Shown: piece by piece, positions 12,012 to 24,749 of the stretch
Position numbering within the stretch: the first letter of the stretch is position 1
How the letters are laid out: every line of letters starts with the position of its first letter
Source: Octopus bimaculoides
Lineage: Eukaryota
Length of the DNA stretch: 45,618 bases
Reading direction: 5' to 3'
Assembly: GCF_001194135.2 (NCBI RefSeq)
Contig: NC_068989.1
Coordinates: 29,503,569 to 29,549,186, forward strand
Position numbers and translations under genes: made by a program
Notes under the pieces: generated by a model
The model's input: only the letters and a program-made list of their open reading frames with translations
Database searches by the model: none
What the model was told of the DNA's origin: nothing

Positions 12012-12519
12012 GTATATGAATGCATAAATGTACATATAAACTTATATATGAATACATACATTCACATGCACATAAATATTAATGATGTACACAAACATAT
12101 GATAGGTATACATAATACTGAAATATGCAACCCTATAAATTTCACAGGGTACAACCTTAAAGTTGACACCACTACAACGCATAAAATTTCTGTCTCACTA
12201 TTGGCTAAAAATACAGTTTCTTTGATTTTTAAACATCTGTAACTTTTTTGTCAATTTTTCTCCACAAGATCATTGTTTCACAGGAATAAGTGCGGAAAAC
12301 TGTGAATGAATTTAGCTAGATCCTCACTAACTGTTGATAAGGACTATTACATCTTTGCTTGGGTTTGACTGTTTACTTTATGTATACATGTGTCCCAATC
12401 CCCCTGATTACCATCTTTTCCATGTATCTTTACAGCAAAGTACCTGTCCTTATCCTTCAATCAAGGTGTGTATTGTCTCGCAAGCTACTAGTGACGGCAA
12501 TATGAAAAAGCACTCAGTA

Positions 12520-12654
12520 CACTCCGTAAACTGCTTGGCATTAGGAAACTATGCCAAAACAGACACTGGAGTTCAACAAGTCCTCTTTTATCTGTTGGAT
12601 CCTGTCAAACCATCCAACTCATGCTAGCACGGAATAAGGATGTTAAGTGATGAT
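12520..12654 (+). mobile_element. Isolated RTE-type 3' tail repeat
   Basis: ttggcattaggaa...ctgtcaaaccatccaactcatgc...gttaagtgatgat matches the tails ending the RTE copies at 21438, 31348 and 37597. Confidence 0.65.
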
Positions 12655-15347
12655 AATATATGAGTACATATGTGTGTATGTATACATACATATCTTGTGA
12701 GACAGTGAGAGGGGGTCATAACTACAGTTTGGTGCCTCAGTGATCCTCCTTAAAATTGATCATTTTTGCTCTCATAATTTTTTTTCTATTGCATCAATTT
12801 TGATGCAATTGTCAGTAACAGATTCCTCTCATCTAGATATTTAAAAAAAACTGTACTAAATTGTCTTTTAAGATATCAAAAATTTGATGATTTAGAGGAT
12901 ATCACTTTTCATTTAAGCTTTTTGGTTTCTACTGTGCTAGTTTTTAAGGTATTTACAAAATTTATTCTTCTCATTAAAATCTTCCATTTAGTCAAACTAC
13001 AACAAAACTAAAGAAATAAGGAAACTATATTGTTTAGCAGTTGTATATATGCATTACTTTTCCATTGTTGAATATGCATATTTTATCATAACTTTTTTTA
13101 CGTAATAAATTTTCTATTACCCTATCTCAAAATGTAGTGCAGCACTCATTTACAATGAACTTAACCGTATTCAATTTGATCAAGTATTAGATTAGTTAGA
13201 AGACGTAGAATTGATAATGAAAAAGTAAATGTTAACCATAACATTATTCACTCACTGCCATGAGTGAATGACAAAGTGAATTTAGAAGTTTCCTATCAAA
13301 TAGTGATGCAAATAACTATATTTTCTATTTTGTTTATTATACTGTTATTGGTTTGAATTTTCAAAGAACGAGATTCAAGTATTCACTGCAGCTATTGAAT
13401 AGGTTTGGAAAAAAGAAAATGTCTTTGGAAAGATTTGCTTTTTAGAATAATAAAACCGTTCACCATTTATTACAACTGTTGGTCATTGGTTACAGGTCTC
13501 CACTAGATTAAGCATTGGTTTACTGCATTTATGATAGCAGGAATGACAAGAATTTTCTATAACTCGATGCAGAACAGATCTCAAGGAATTTTATAATACA
13601 CCAATTTTTGTTTTCTTGCTGATGTTTATTTCCTTTGCTGATATACATCAGCAAAAGATACACACATGGTTTGTGCAGAGTTTCTATCTAGAAAATTTTA
13701 TTCACATGGTATTGGTTAATTTAAAGCTATTGTAGAAGACAAGGTACCATACCAAGGGGTAGAACTCTGAACCACATGTTGCAAATCAATCCCCCAATGA
13801 CATCTAACTGGTATTTAAAGACAAGAAATAAAGATGGCAGGAAGTCAAAATAAAACTAATTTTCAGTTAGATAGGATGCAGTTTGAGTTATTAGAAGATC
13901 ATAGAATTGTTATCATTACACAGGGAAATTGATGATCTGACCTTTGGTGGCATCCTAATCTCTCATCAAAGAAAGGAGACAAGCACAGTTTGACCACACA
14001 AAAACATACTTTTTGCTTGATCATCTTCATATCAAAATACATTTTCCCTGCATAAAATTATATATCATTTGAAAGTTCTGGATGTGAACTTTCTTATATA
14101 GTTTTGATCAAAATCCAACTTACATATCACACCAAGATCTTTTAATCACCCTGGTGTTTCCACCCATTCACAAAGTTTATTCCATTTTTTCAGCTGCTAA
14201 ACAGTAGCCCTCATTTTAGTTTAATGCGCTTGAGTGTTATAACTTGATCTGTGTTGAAAATCAGTCATGAAGAGGACTGTTTTTGCTTTATTTTATTATA
14301 AAAATCAATGTGGATAGATGAGATAATTGTTATGGAATATAAAAGTGAAAATTTTATTGTTACTTTTCACCTAGAAAAGAAAATATTTTCTTTTTATATA
14401 AGAAAGCAAAACTTCTCATGAATTCAATACAGTCATTGCTGAATCTAACCATGATATGGCAAAAAAGCACAAAGTCAATAAAGAGGGTAGAATACTGATG
14501 CTACTTGTCAAACTGATGTATTCCAGTGCAGCAAGAGGTCAAACTGAACATGAATCCAAGGCTTCAGATATCGAGCTTGAGTCAGAATTTCAAGAAATGG
14601 ACAAACTAATTACTAAGTAATTATATATTTCTACAAAAAAAAATGCACTATACTGATCTACATAAGTCTTCTAGAACCCAAACATTACATAAAAAAGCTT
14701 CTCCCCATCATTTCCAAAGTCGTGGTGAAAAAAATTGGAAAAATCCTTGTCAAAATGGAGAAAATCCAACTTGTGTGGGCATCTTGAACTGAAATTCCAC
14801 CATTCATAGTCATTTTCAATAGCCTATAAAAATTTTACTGAAATGGTATCATGTCCCAAAATCTCAGGATTTATCTAGTTCTATATCTACAACAAATGTG
14901 CCAAAACTCATAAATCCCTGTGGCTTATACTTTTGGATTTAGCTAGGTCTGAAAACACCACAAAATTGACTGTTACATTTAACAAAATAGGCATTACATA
15001 AATATTTTTAAAATTGTTACAACAAAGTTTCATTTTCAAGAACCTGAAAAAAGATAGGCGACTGCTATACCATGGACACTATTAATTTGTGCAATTTGAA
15101 GATGATTATCACCACAGTTTCAAAGATATGACATCACAAATATGGCTAATTATTCATTTAGGTCAATTAGGCAAGATTTTGACCAATTTGCTGAATATTC
15201 AAATTGCCATATTTCCTAAAATATTCATCCAAATTTCACAAATAAGGTATCAAAATGTTTCTTTTTGGATGCTCTCCAAGAAAGAAGTACTGTAGAAATT
15301 ATATTTTAATTTTTTTCAAAGATTCATAGTGATACCTAGTCACAGTA

Positions 15348-16654
15348 CACCCCGAAACATGCTAATAGCTTAGGCGTGAAATTTAGGATTTCTCGGTTTT
15401 ATGTGAATTGATTTTGATAAAACTTTTCCCAGCTGGTTTGCACACTATGGCAACACCGTTGTTATGTTTTCATTACTCTGTGTAACATCCTTTCTTTTTT
15501 ATTTCAGATTCTTCAGTTTTTGGGTGAACCACGCTAACAGCTTTTGAATGAAAATAGCCCATCTAGACATTTCTTTTTCAAAAAATGAAGGGTAATGATA
15601 CATATTAAGCATACATGGAGTATATATTTAACAGAAAACCATAATAATATTATGGTTATCTTTTCATTATTCTGTTATGTTATGTTATAACATTTACTGA
15701 CATAATAAATTATTTAGCTACATGAACACCGTTTTGACGGATAACTTCAAAAACCCTATTAGTTGTGGAATCTGTCAATTTCTTAATAGTAGCAGGTTGG
15801 ACTGCCTCTGCTGCAGCTTTGATGGTCGCCCATAAGACATCTTTTGACATAAATTGGTGCCCATGTTATTTAATGATGGACCAAAGATTTTTGATAGGGT
15901 TGAGATCCGGAGTTGCTGGCAGCCATACCATCAACCTTTCACCTAGTAATGTTTGGGTGGTCCTAGCAGAGTGGGAGGGAGCAGTGTCATACATGAATAT
16001 GAGATTCCTTAGTATGTCATCTAGCCAGGAATCCAAGACCTCCTTCAAGAGATTGCAGTAGGTGGCTGTGGTCACTTTAATCCCTTCAGGTACCTTGACT
16101 GGGCCAATAAGTCTGTCCCCAATGATACCAGTCCACAATATAACTCCTCCACTCTGTTGACGACATCGTAAACTTTGGTCATGCACATCTCCATACTAGA
16201 CCCAACTATTTGTCCAACTGTCAGGTCTGTGAAGGGTTGCCCTGGTTTTGTCAGTGAATAGAACACAACTCGTGTCTAACATCATGTACTTTTGGGCCCA
16301 TTGAAGCTTCAAACTCTTGTGATGGGGCATTAAAGGAGGCAGTTTCAGGGGTTCTTGCATGGAAGCCAAGGTCTCATGTATGCACTTTCTGGTGGTTTTC
16401 AGTACAAGGAAGTCTGGAGGTAGTGAAAATAGCTTTGCTTGTTTGTCCAGGTTTTCCATGTAGCTTGCAGCCAATATTCCTTCATCTAGCTGTCGCAGTC
16501 TTGGAGGTCCCACAATCCGATTGTTTCTTCCTTGGCAAACAAATTGTCTAACGGTATCCACATGACAACCAAATTTCTCTCCAATGACATGAAGAGAGGT
16601 GCCTGTAGCACTTTACTTGAGGATGATACACTTTTCTTCATCATTAAGGCCTTT
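15348..16654 (-). mobile_element. Tc1-family transposon remnant with a long (~190 bp) IR/DR-type terminal repeat; 5' end truncated
   Basis: VLFTDKTRATL (D1), LIFMYDTAPSHS (D2), WLPATPDLNPIKNLW (E to K). Starts after TA at 15346-47. 15354-15540 matches 27736-27913 of the oppositely oriented second copy, which identifies it as the TIR. Confidence 0.88.
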
Positions 16655-16655
16655 A

Positions 16656-16671
16656 AGGTTGGGAACCACTG
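16656..16671 (-). repeat. Orphan hAT-type terminal inverted repeat at the Tc1 truncation point
   Basis: Minus strand CAGTGGTTCCCAACCT, followed on + by ctttaaac (central TA). Confidence 0.55.
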
Positions 16672-18791
16672 CTTTAAACCATAAATCTGTTCAATCACAA
16701 TTCAACAGCAACAAAGCATTAAATCATTTTTGAGAAATAAAGAGTAAAGATCATGATCTTGATGGCTTTTCCAAAGTGTTGTTAATGTGATTGTGGGGAG
16801 AAAGACAAACAAAAATATTTAATACAGTCTCATAAGCTAGATTAAATAGGAACAAAGAGAGATGGGTGAGTGCATTGACTGAGCTTGGGCAAAGTTGATA
16901 TACAGCTTGCTTGTTCAGAAAAGCATAACCTCTTTTAATAGAAAACAGTATGTCTGTAAGCAGATGATTGTAATATATTAGTGAATTGAAGTTTGCCATC
17001 TGGATGTTTTCTTTTTTTTGTGGGAAAGGATTTTTGTGTGTGCATCATACATATATATGAAAGTTAACAATTGATGAGAACTAAAATATTTCTGGACTCC
17101 AAAGAGGAAGCCTAATATTTGGGATGAGGTTTATATTAAGAATGTCTGGCTATTATGACTGATCAAAGATAACCTCAGCAGGTTTAAGCTCATATGCAAG
17201 AATTTCTTTGACATTTGTAGTGATTATTATGATGCTGTTGAAGGAGACTAAGTTGCCATGTATCTATCAGAGAAAGATGCTTAGATATTACTTCATAGAA
17301 GCATTGAAAAATCTAGTGTGAGACATTAAGATTGCTTACAGATGACACGTCTGAAGAAAGTTAAGAGGAGTGAAGTGTTGTGTGTGTGAGTTTTCAGCAA
17401 GTTCATCATTAATGAACAAAAGAGAAAGTGTAGGAGACATAACCTTGGTATACTAGAGTTGGTTGATTCTAGGTCCAAGTGTGCCTCATACATACATGCT
17501 GTGGTAGAGTGGTTTGAGGGGAAACATGAAAGATGAAGTCCACAGGTCAGTAACCTTTCTAGGCAATTGTACAAGGCCAAGTTGAGAGCTTTAATCGTTT
17601 TTTGTTGAAATTCTTAGTAAAGTGGTTTCCACAAAGAAAAAAAAACCCCCAGAAAGAGCTTCAGAAGGATAAATGAGGTGTTTATGTTTCCAGGGTTAAA
17701 AAGGTGAGAAACAGTCAAGAGTGATGAGGTGGGGTGTCAGTCAGATATGTATCAATGCAGACACCTCAGAATGGCAAAAGATTTGGGTCTGTCTATGATG
17801 CTGTATGACAGAGAAACACAAGCAATAAATAAAAATCCTGTGTAGTAATTGGAAAAGAATAATTTAACTGTTTCAATAGATGCACAAAGTTAGCTTATGG
17901 GGATGATGTGAGCTTGAGTTATGTTCAGCTTTGCAGAGGAAATGTTGCATGGAGAGTTGCTGTTTTGCAGACATATCTATCTATACAATCAAAGAAAACT
18001 AGACATTCAAACAAAAATGAAGATAATGGGTTTCTCTTTTTTACTATTGTTGCATTTGTTGGATAGATAAAATTCAGCTGTTTCCTTCTTGCAAGAAATT
18101 AAACATAGATTCAATTCACTGTTTCTCTGACATTTTTTTAACCATAAAGTCTTAAGAAAATGCCTGTGGATTTTTGAATTTTGTTTTACCATCTATAGAA
18201 AATGATATTAAAATTTTTTTTTGCTTTTTTAACTCTCTTTATTACGAAATAATTACAAGCTATATTGGATCAATTTTATTAAAACCGTTTATATAAAATG
18301 TGATGTATACAAAATAAGCATTTCTCAATTTTTAAATAAATAATGTAACTTTCACTCAATTTTAAGATTATGTAACAACTTTTAGAATTATTTTCTATAC
18401 CCAGTTTGCCATTAAAAATACTCATTATGTTAAGTTTTCCTCAGGTGTATTTGAAAAAAAAAGAAAAAAACAAAACTTCCTTCTTGTTTTATCTGTACTA
18501 TAAGAAGTTTGTATAAGGAATGAGCTGGATGATGGGTTATATACTTCACTCATGATGCTATTTATGGTATAGTCGAGCACTGTGACAAACAAATAATTCA
18601 AAAAGAGAACCTTCTTATTTTGTAATTACAATTATTTTGAATTACATCTCCAGGTATTATTCTTCTTACCTAGATTGTTAGTTATTTAGTATTTAAGTTA
18701 TATGGTCTTTCTTTCTGGAATGTTATGATGAACTCAAATGGACCTGTTTAACATACAAAATAATTTCCATTTAGTAAATCCTTTTTGAGCA

Positions 18792-19233
18792 TCACACATT
18801 AGCTATTTGAGTTGGGGTTCGTTTACCACTTGGTACACTAGCATACATTTGGTCTTGGAATGAGTCCACATAATCCATACAATAATTATAATGATCTTCC
18901 ATAGGAACAGGAGTCTCTACAGGAATTTTATGTTGCCATGTTGGAGGTGCACTTTGAACTCCAGAGCGAGTATGAATCCAATGCTTTTGACTGCCTTGTA
19001 TGTTGTCAGTGTAAATGCTACTTGATGGTCCATGTATGTCATCTTTATGTTTGCTGGGTTGCCAAGAATGAGAAACATCATAACCCTCATCTTGCCAGCT
19101 TTCTTGTACAGTACGAGGATATGGAGGAGGAAATTTAGGAACTATTTCAGAATAGTTGCTATCATAGAAGCGTTCATCATTGTTGGACTCTGGAACATAG
19201 TTATAAGGTGGATGGCTTGGATGTACAGGAACC
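18792..19233 (-). CDS. PARD3: PARD3 terminal coding exon (not in ORF track); TGA at 18794-18792
   Basis: Acceptor ttctattttatttAG|g is phase 2, matching the 19938 donor. 146 open codons, translated by hand: VPVHPSHPPYNYVPESNNDERFY...KFPPPYPRTVQESW...SGKRTPTQIANV*. Assigned by splice-phase continuity, not recognisable homology. Confidence 0.8.
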
Positions 19234-19288
19234 CTAAATAAAATAGAAAATGAATACTGAAGAACAAGTTATATTCTTTTCTACTCTA

Positions 19289-19488
19289 GGTACAATGCCC
19301 AAAAGTTTGGGGGAGGGGGGCAGTCAATTAGATTGACCCCAGTATGCAACTGGTACTTAATTTATCGACCCCAAAAGGGCGAAAGGCAAAGTTGACCTTG
19401 GCGGAATTTGAACTCAGAACGTAAAGACAGATGAAATACCACTAAGCATTTTGCCCAGGTTGCTAACGTTTCTGCCAGCTTACCGCCT
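19289..19488 (-). mobile_element. tRNA-derived SINE in the last PARD3 intron
   Basis: Minus strand aaggcggtaagctggcagaaacgttagc (A box) ... GAGTTCAAATTCC (B box); same family as 32487-32718. Confidence 0.85.
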
Positions 19489-19937
19489 TAGAACAAAGTT
19501 ATATTATAAGAGAAATTAGTTCTTTGTGGGCAAATGTAGCCGACTGAAAAATAACAAATATTTAAACTTTCAATATAAAATGTGTGCTGTGTGATATAAG
19601 AAAACATGATCAAAAGTGATATTTTACAATAAAGCAATAAAGTGATAAAAAATAGAAAGAAGGTAACTGTGATATCTGGTGATGAAAGTGAAGTGATTAA
19701 AAATTCATGCATTCTGACATTCAAAGTTGTAACTACAGATTAAACAGTGTAGTGACGAGATGGACACTAGTTGTATAGGCAACATTTAACACAAGTGCAG
19801 CTCTTGGTAAACAACTGTGCTTCTGGTGCTCACATAGATGATACAGAAAACTGCAGTATGAAACTCTACCTTCCTTTAACTGCTGGGTTCTTACTCATAA
19901 ATGGGGTCCTATCCAGGAATTGGAGAAAAGTGCATAC

Positions 19938-20047
19938 CTTTCATGCTGAACAGTCCGAACCCCAGGTGGACGATTCTTATTCACAATAGCATATTCTACC
20001 TCTTGGTAAGGAAGCTGGTTAGGATTGGAACTGTAATTGCTCAACTT
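19938..20047 (-). CDS. PARD3: PARD3 penultimate coding exon (110 nt, phase 0 to 2; not in ORF track)
   Basis: Acceptor ttgatctttatAG|aag and donor gaaag|GTatgc. Encodes KLSNYSSNPNQLPYQEVEYAIVNKNRPPGVRTVQHE; YAIVNK resembles the YAQVKK motif of vertebrate PARD3. Phases fit both neighbours. Confidence 0.8.
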
Positions 20048-20449
20048 CTATAAAGATCAAAATGAAATCAATCAACAACTGAAGGGAAAAAAGGTGTGTT
20101 TGGCTGTGAAATTGATAATTACATCAAAATGTGGAAAATGGTTGGTATTTTTAATACATTTAAATATTTTTGATTTATATATACAAAACTGCCTATTACA
20201 AAAAATTGAATTGAAAAGAAACAAAAGTATGAAGTATCAGCTATAATATTTTATTGATCAGGCTTGTATATAGTTATGGAAGGGATCCATGCATGTGGTA
20301 AGCCACACCTCATCAATAAACTTTTCAGGATTAAAACTAAACTGTTTAAATCACAGCTAGTTATTCTTGCCCACATAGTAAGAAGTTTTGAGAAGGCTAT
20401 GAATACTGAAACTTCTCTTCAAACATATCAATAATGTTTTTTTTAAAAT

Positions 20450-20640
20450 TTAGGCACAAAACCAGTAACATTTTAGGGGAGGGGATAAGTCAATATCACA
20501 AACTTGATTGGTACTTTATTTCATCAACCGTGGAGGAATGAAAGCAAAGTTGGCATTTGCAGGATTTGAATTCAAAATGTAAAGAATGGTAACAAATGTA
20601 GTAAAGCATTTTTTTTTTTGGTGCTCTATCCAGCTTGACA
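20450..20640 (-). mobile_element. Degenerate copy of the same tRNA-derived SINE
   Basis: ggtactttatt...ggaatgaaagcaaagttggc...ggatttgaattcaaaatgtaaag aligns by eye with 19340-19460. Confidence 0.6.
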
Positions 20641-20779
20641 CCTTGAACAAATGCATGGGCAACTGCTGGTCTTCCATAAACAACCTAGCCTGGACTTGTG
20701 CCTTGGAGGGTAACTTTCTAGATGCAATCCATAGTCATTCTAGAGGCAATCCCATGGTCATTCATATCCTCAGTAGTCT

Positions 20780-21438
20780 GTGATTACTGAAGCTATGCAA
20801 ATGCTTGAAAGAAATGAAACCAGTATCCTCCGCTGGATGGGTAATGTCAGTGTGCATATACAACAGGGTGTAAGTAATTTGAGAGAAAAACTGGGTATAC
20901 AAAGCATCAGATGTAGCATGCAAAAGAGAGGACTGTACTGGTATGGCCATGTCATGCATATGAATGAAGATAGTTGCACAAGAGATGCCAGTCTCTAATT
21001 GTAGAGGGAACCCGTGGAAAGGGTAGGCCCAGGAAGGCATGGGATGAAGTGGTGAGAAAGGATCTAGAGACATCAGGACTCACAGAGGGGATGACACAGG
21101 ACTGAGACGCATGGCGGTTTGCTGTGCTTGGAAAGACATGTCAAGCTAAGTATAGGCTGTCCCCTGCGTCCCTCTCCAGTTGAGCATTCCTAACCTTGCA
21201 GGCTTGTGGGTATTGGTGCCACATAAAAAGCACCTGTACCAGTGCCATGTAAATGCATCCTTGCCAGTGCTGTGTAAAAGCACCCAGCACACTTTGTAAA
21301 ATGGTTGGCATTAGGAAGGGCATCCAGCTGTAGAAACCGAACCAAAACAGACACAGAGCGTGGGCAGCTCTTCAGCTGGCCAGCACCTGTCAAACCGTCC
21401 AACTCATGCCGGCATAGAAAACACGTTAAATGATGATG
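20780..21438 (+). mobile_element. 5'-truncated RTE LINE (ORF end, short 3' UTR, TGA-repeat tail)
   Basis: ERNETSILRWM...LYWYGHVMHM and GKGRPRKAWDEVVRKDL are RTE C-terminal motifs; ends gttaaatgatgatg. Confidence 0.85.
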
Positions 21439-21536
21439 TTTTACTTCAGATAAAAATAAAAGATGAAGAAGGTGTCCAAAAATTAAGTAACTACTGTCTT
21501 TAGACTATAACTATGAATATTGTAAAAGGTACATAC

Positions 21537-21786
21537 TCTCCTCTCCAAATCTTGCAAATGTTTCTCGTATAAATCTTCCGTATCGTCATGAGGGTAACGT
21601 CCTTGTCGTTCTTGATGTTTTCTTTGATGGTCCTCTCTTAGCTGCTGGATCTTATCACTGCGATTATTTCCCATACCATTATATGGATAAATGTCCATAG
21701 CATGATGCTCTTTTGGGTACACAGCTCTTGGCTTATGAGGTTGAGATTTTACTTGCGACTGTGGTGAACGTTGATACTCAGAGAAT
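21537..21786 (-). CDS. PARD3: PARD3 coding exon (250 nt, phase 2 to 0), coiled-coil region
   Basis: Acceptor catacatAG|a and donor aggaga|GTatgt. Encodes NNRSDKIQQLREDHQRKHQERQGRYPHDDTEDLYE, homologous to the Par-3/Baz C-terminal coiled coil (human NHDRIQRLRQEFQQ). Confidence 0.9.
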
Positions 21787-22582
21787 CTATGTATATGTAA
21801 TATATAAAAGAACATTAGTTAAATAACAATGAGGCTTAATTAATGGAATAATATACTCTCACAAAGATTTGCAAAGAGACAATTGGAAAGGTTACAAAAA
21901 TTAAGGTTATAAACATTTTCATAAATGGTTTATAAACATGCCTTATGGTAAACTAGAATTCTCCTTCAAATCAATGATACATTTTAAAATAATATTTATA
22001 AGTATGGGACAATCTGTCAAAAATGATTCTCATGCTTAAATTGTCAATGGTTTCCCCTCTATACCCAATACACAACTCAGATGGTCAAGTGAAGTTTGCT
22101 TTGCAATCATAGTATCTTGCGTTTCATTCCATTGCTGACCTCTTGGTCAAAGTCTATTGGATTACAATAATTTTAAGGATCAGCCTTGTCACATTGTGTC
22201 ATGTTCATTCTGCTTGAAAATTCTGTTTGGAATACATGTATTTGTGGAATACTCAACCACTTACATGCTAACTCAATAGGTTGGCAGTTCAGTTGAATAA
22301 GTATTAATAAACTGATGGAATATCCATTTATACACAACCCATTTAACCCTTTAGCATTAAGTTTACTGTCAGCTGTAATGTTAATTTATTCACATTGATT
22401 TGAATTAACCATGCATTACCAAGCAGCTTCAAGATTTCAATAATGTGTTTACTTATTTTTAAAATGACATTGTAGGGTAGATGTGAGAGGCAAGATCTGG
22501 TTTGAATATATTGTGTTGAGTCAAAAGTTTTGAAATATTTTGGTAACTTATTTGCTTTAGTCATCAAGTTACAACAAAAGTA

Positions 22583-23266
22583 GCCTTGCATTCAAAGTAG
22601 AGGCCATTGTGTTGCACTGTTTGAAGACACCTTTCTGCCATTTCTTTGATCCCATGCTGATACCAGTTCTTGTTCTTTGAGGCATAGAACCCCTTCACTG
22701 AAGCTTCCACCTCCTCTTGGTTGATGAATCATCACAAGTGCAGGAAGTGAGCTATGGACCAGAACAAGTAATAATCCAAGGGAACTAGGTCTGGACTATA
22801 TGCTAGGTGTGGCATTAAATTTGATTCCCTCAAGTTCCTGGAGTTTATTCTGAGCTGTTTGATTTGCATGAGGTCTTGTGTTGTTTTGCTGTAGAAGAGC
22901 TCATGTTCTGTTAAACAATGCTGGGTATTTTTTCCACACAATGGCATACATTTGCTCCAGCTGTTGAAAGAACAGGTTGGAATGAACTCATAGAAAATTA
23001 TTCCCTTATAATTCCACCAGATGCAGAGCATTACCTTGTGTTTGAAACACCTTATTTTGGTGACTGATTCTGGAAGCTGGCCCTTGCTTAACAATGCTTA
23101 TGCATGTTAGGATTGTGGGAAAAATCTCCCTCAGATTATTACTTGTTCTGTTCCATGGCTCACTTCCTGTGTTTGTGATGCTTCATCAATTAAGAGTGGG
23201 TGGAAGCTTCACTAAAGGAGGTCTTCACCTTGTGCAATGCGATGGCCTTTACTTTGAATGCTAGGC
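22583..23266. mobile_element. Mariner (DD34D-type) derivative with foldback structure (two 3' ends)
   Basis: Minus ORF has KVMLCIWWNYKGII and YSPDLVPLDYYLF. Arms 22583-22783 and 23127-23266 are inverted copies of the transposase C-terminus plus terminus; flanks TA / TG. Confidence 0.8.
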
Positions 23267-23934
23267 TGCATTTATTTTAACTTGACAAATAAAGAAAAAT
23301 AAGTTACCAAAATATTGCAAAACTTCTGACTCAACACAATAATATAGAATATTTGGACTGCATATGGCAAGTTTAAATGCGAAAGGATTAAAACAAAAAA
23401 ATTTAAAACAATATGGACTTTACGCGTTCTGAGTGCTGAAATAAGAGTTAGCACATTTTTACTTTAAATATTTTTCTTTTCAACATAAATTTCACTCATA
23501 AACTAAAAAATTTTAACATGTAGAGACCAAGTTGAACCAAACATGCAGACTATATTTAGAAATGAACCCAGACTAAGCTGAATCAAGGACTCAGTGGATG
23601 GTTTTATAGTATTGCAATTCAAAGTACCAAATAGTTCCATAATGGATGTAATGCTTCCATGTGAAGTAATAATCTTCCTGTCTTTTGAACTACAGCCTGG
23701 ATATATGTGCAGAGAACTGGAAGCAACATATACTGTATGAACAAGCCTTTTGCTTGCATAGATCATGCAACGTATCAAGAGGCCTGAAGATGCTTTCATG
23801 ATGGACTACAAGCAAATAGTATCACCCACATGAGCAAGGGCATTGTTTACAACAATGAACACACATGAAGGCAAGGAAAATTACAAACTCACTAACACAT
23901 ACATATATACACATGTGTGTGTTTATATATAAAT

Positions 23935-24280
23935 GGCCAGGGTTCAATTTCCCACTTGGGAAATACTTATTCAGGCTGACCAGAGCCTTGTGAGTGAATT
24001 TGGGGGATGGAAACTGAAAGAAGCCTGTTGTATATGCGTATATAAATATATCTATCTGTGCATGTCTTTGTGTCTATATTTGTCCTCCGTACTGCTTGAC
24101 AACTGGTGTTAGTGTGTTTACAGCCCTGTAACTTAGTGATCTGGCAAAAGAGACTGATAGAATAAGTACCAGGTTTTAAAAGAAAAAATAAGTACTGGGG
24201 TCGATACATCTGACTAAAAAGATTTTTCAAAGCAGTGTCCCAGCATGGCTGCAGTCTGATGACTGAAACAACTAAAAGAA
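23935..24280 (+). mobile_element. SINE of a second family (microsatellite-containing body)
   Basis: B-box-like gggttcaatttcc, then gtgagtgaatttggggatggaaactgaaagaagcc, a (TA/TG) tract, gtactggggtcgat and tail ccagcatggctgcagtc...tgactgaaacaactaaaaga. Confidence 0.7.
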
Positions 24281-24749
24281 TTACTAATATTATCTGTTCT
24301 TCAACAAATTTTTTTTAAAGCTTTAACTTTCTCATATTAAAACTACTTCAATCCAAATCAACAAAGGTTGTATAACCCAGTAGTCAGCTTTGACCAAGTA
24401 GTTCTATATCAAACAGGTAGTGGACAACTGATAACTCCATCTTCCCAGTTATACCATGTCTCCACCTAGCTGACTAAAAAAAAAAGCCTCTATGCAGTCA
24501 CTCAGCCTACAAGAAATTGCAGTCAAATCTTTCACAAACACTAACTTACCATCTTAAAAAATTATACAATGACAGAACAAAGCTAACAAAGGTTGCTCAA
24601 ACAGCTTGAAATGGCAGCCTAATCTTCCTCAAGTCATACCCTACAGTCTTAGAAAAGAAGACAATTTAATAGACCAAGATATACGATACTCCGTACAAAG
24701 TTGGATTGGCTGTAGTTGGAATTTGCTAAAACAAAATATCAATCTTTAC

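Noticed and set aside
14450-14960. Short coding-like stretches (MAKKHKVNKEGR...; WYHVPKSQ...)
   Set aside because: Only a faint resemblance to hAT or LINE peptides; not enough to call.
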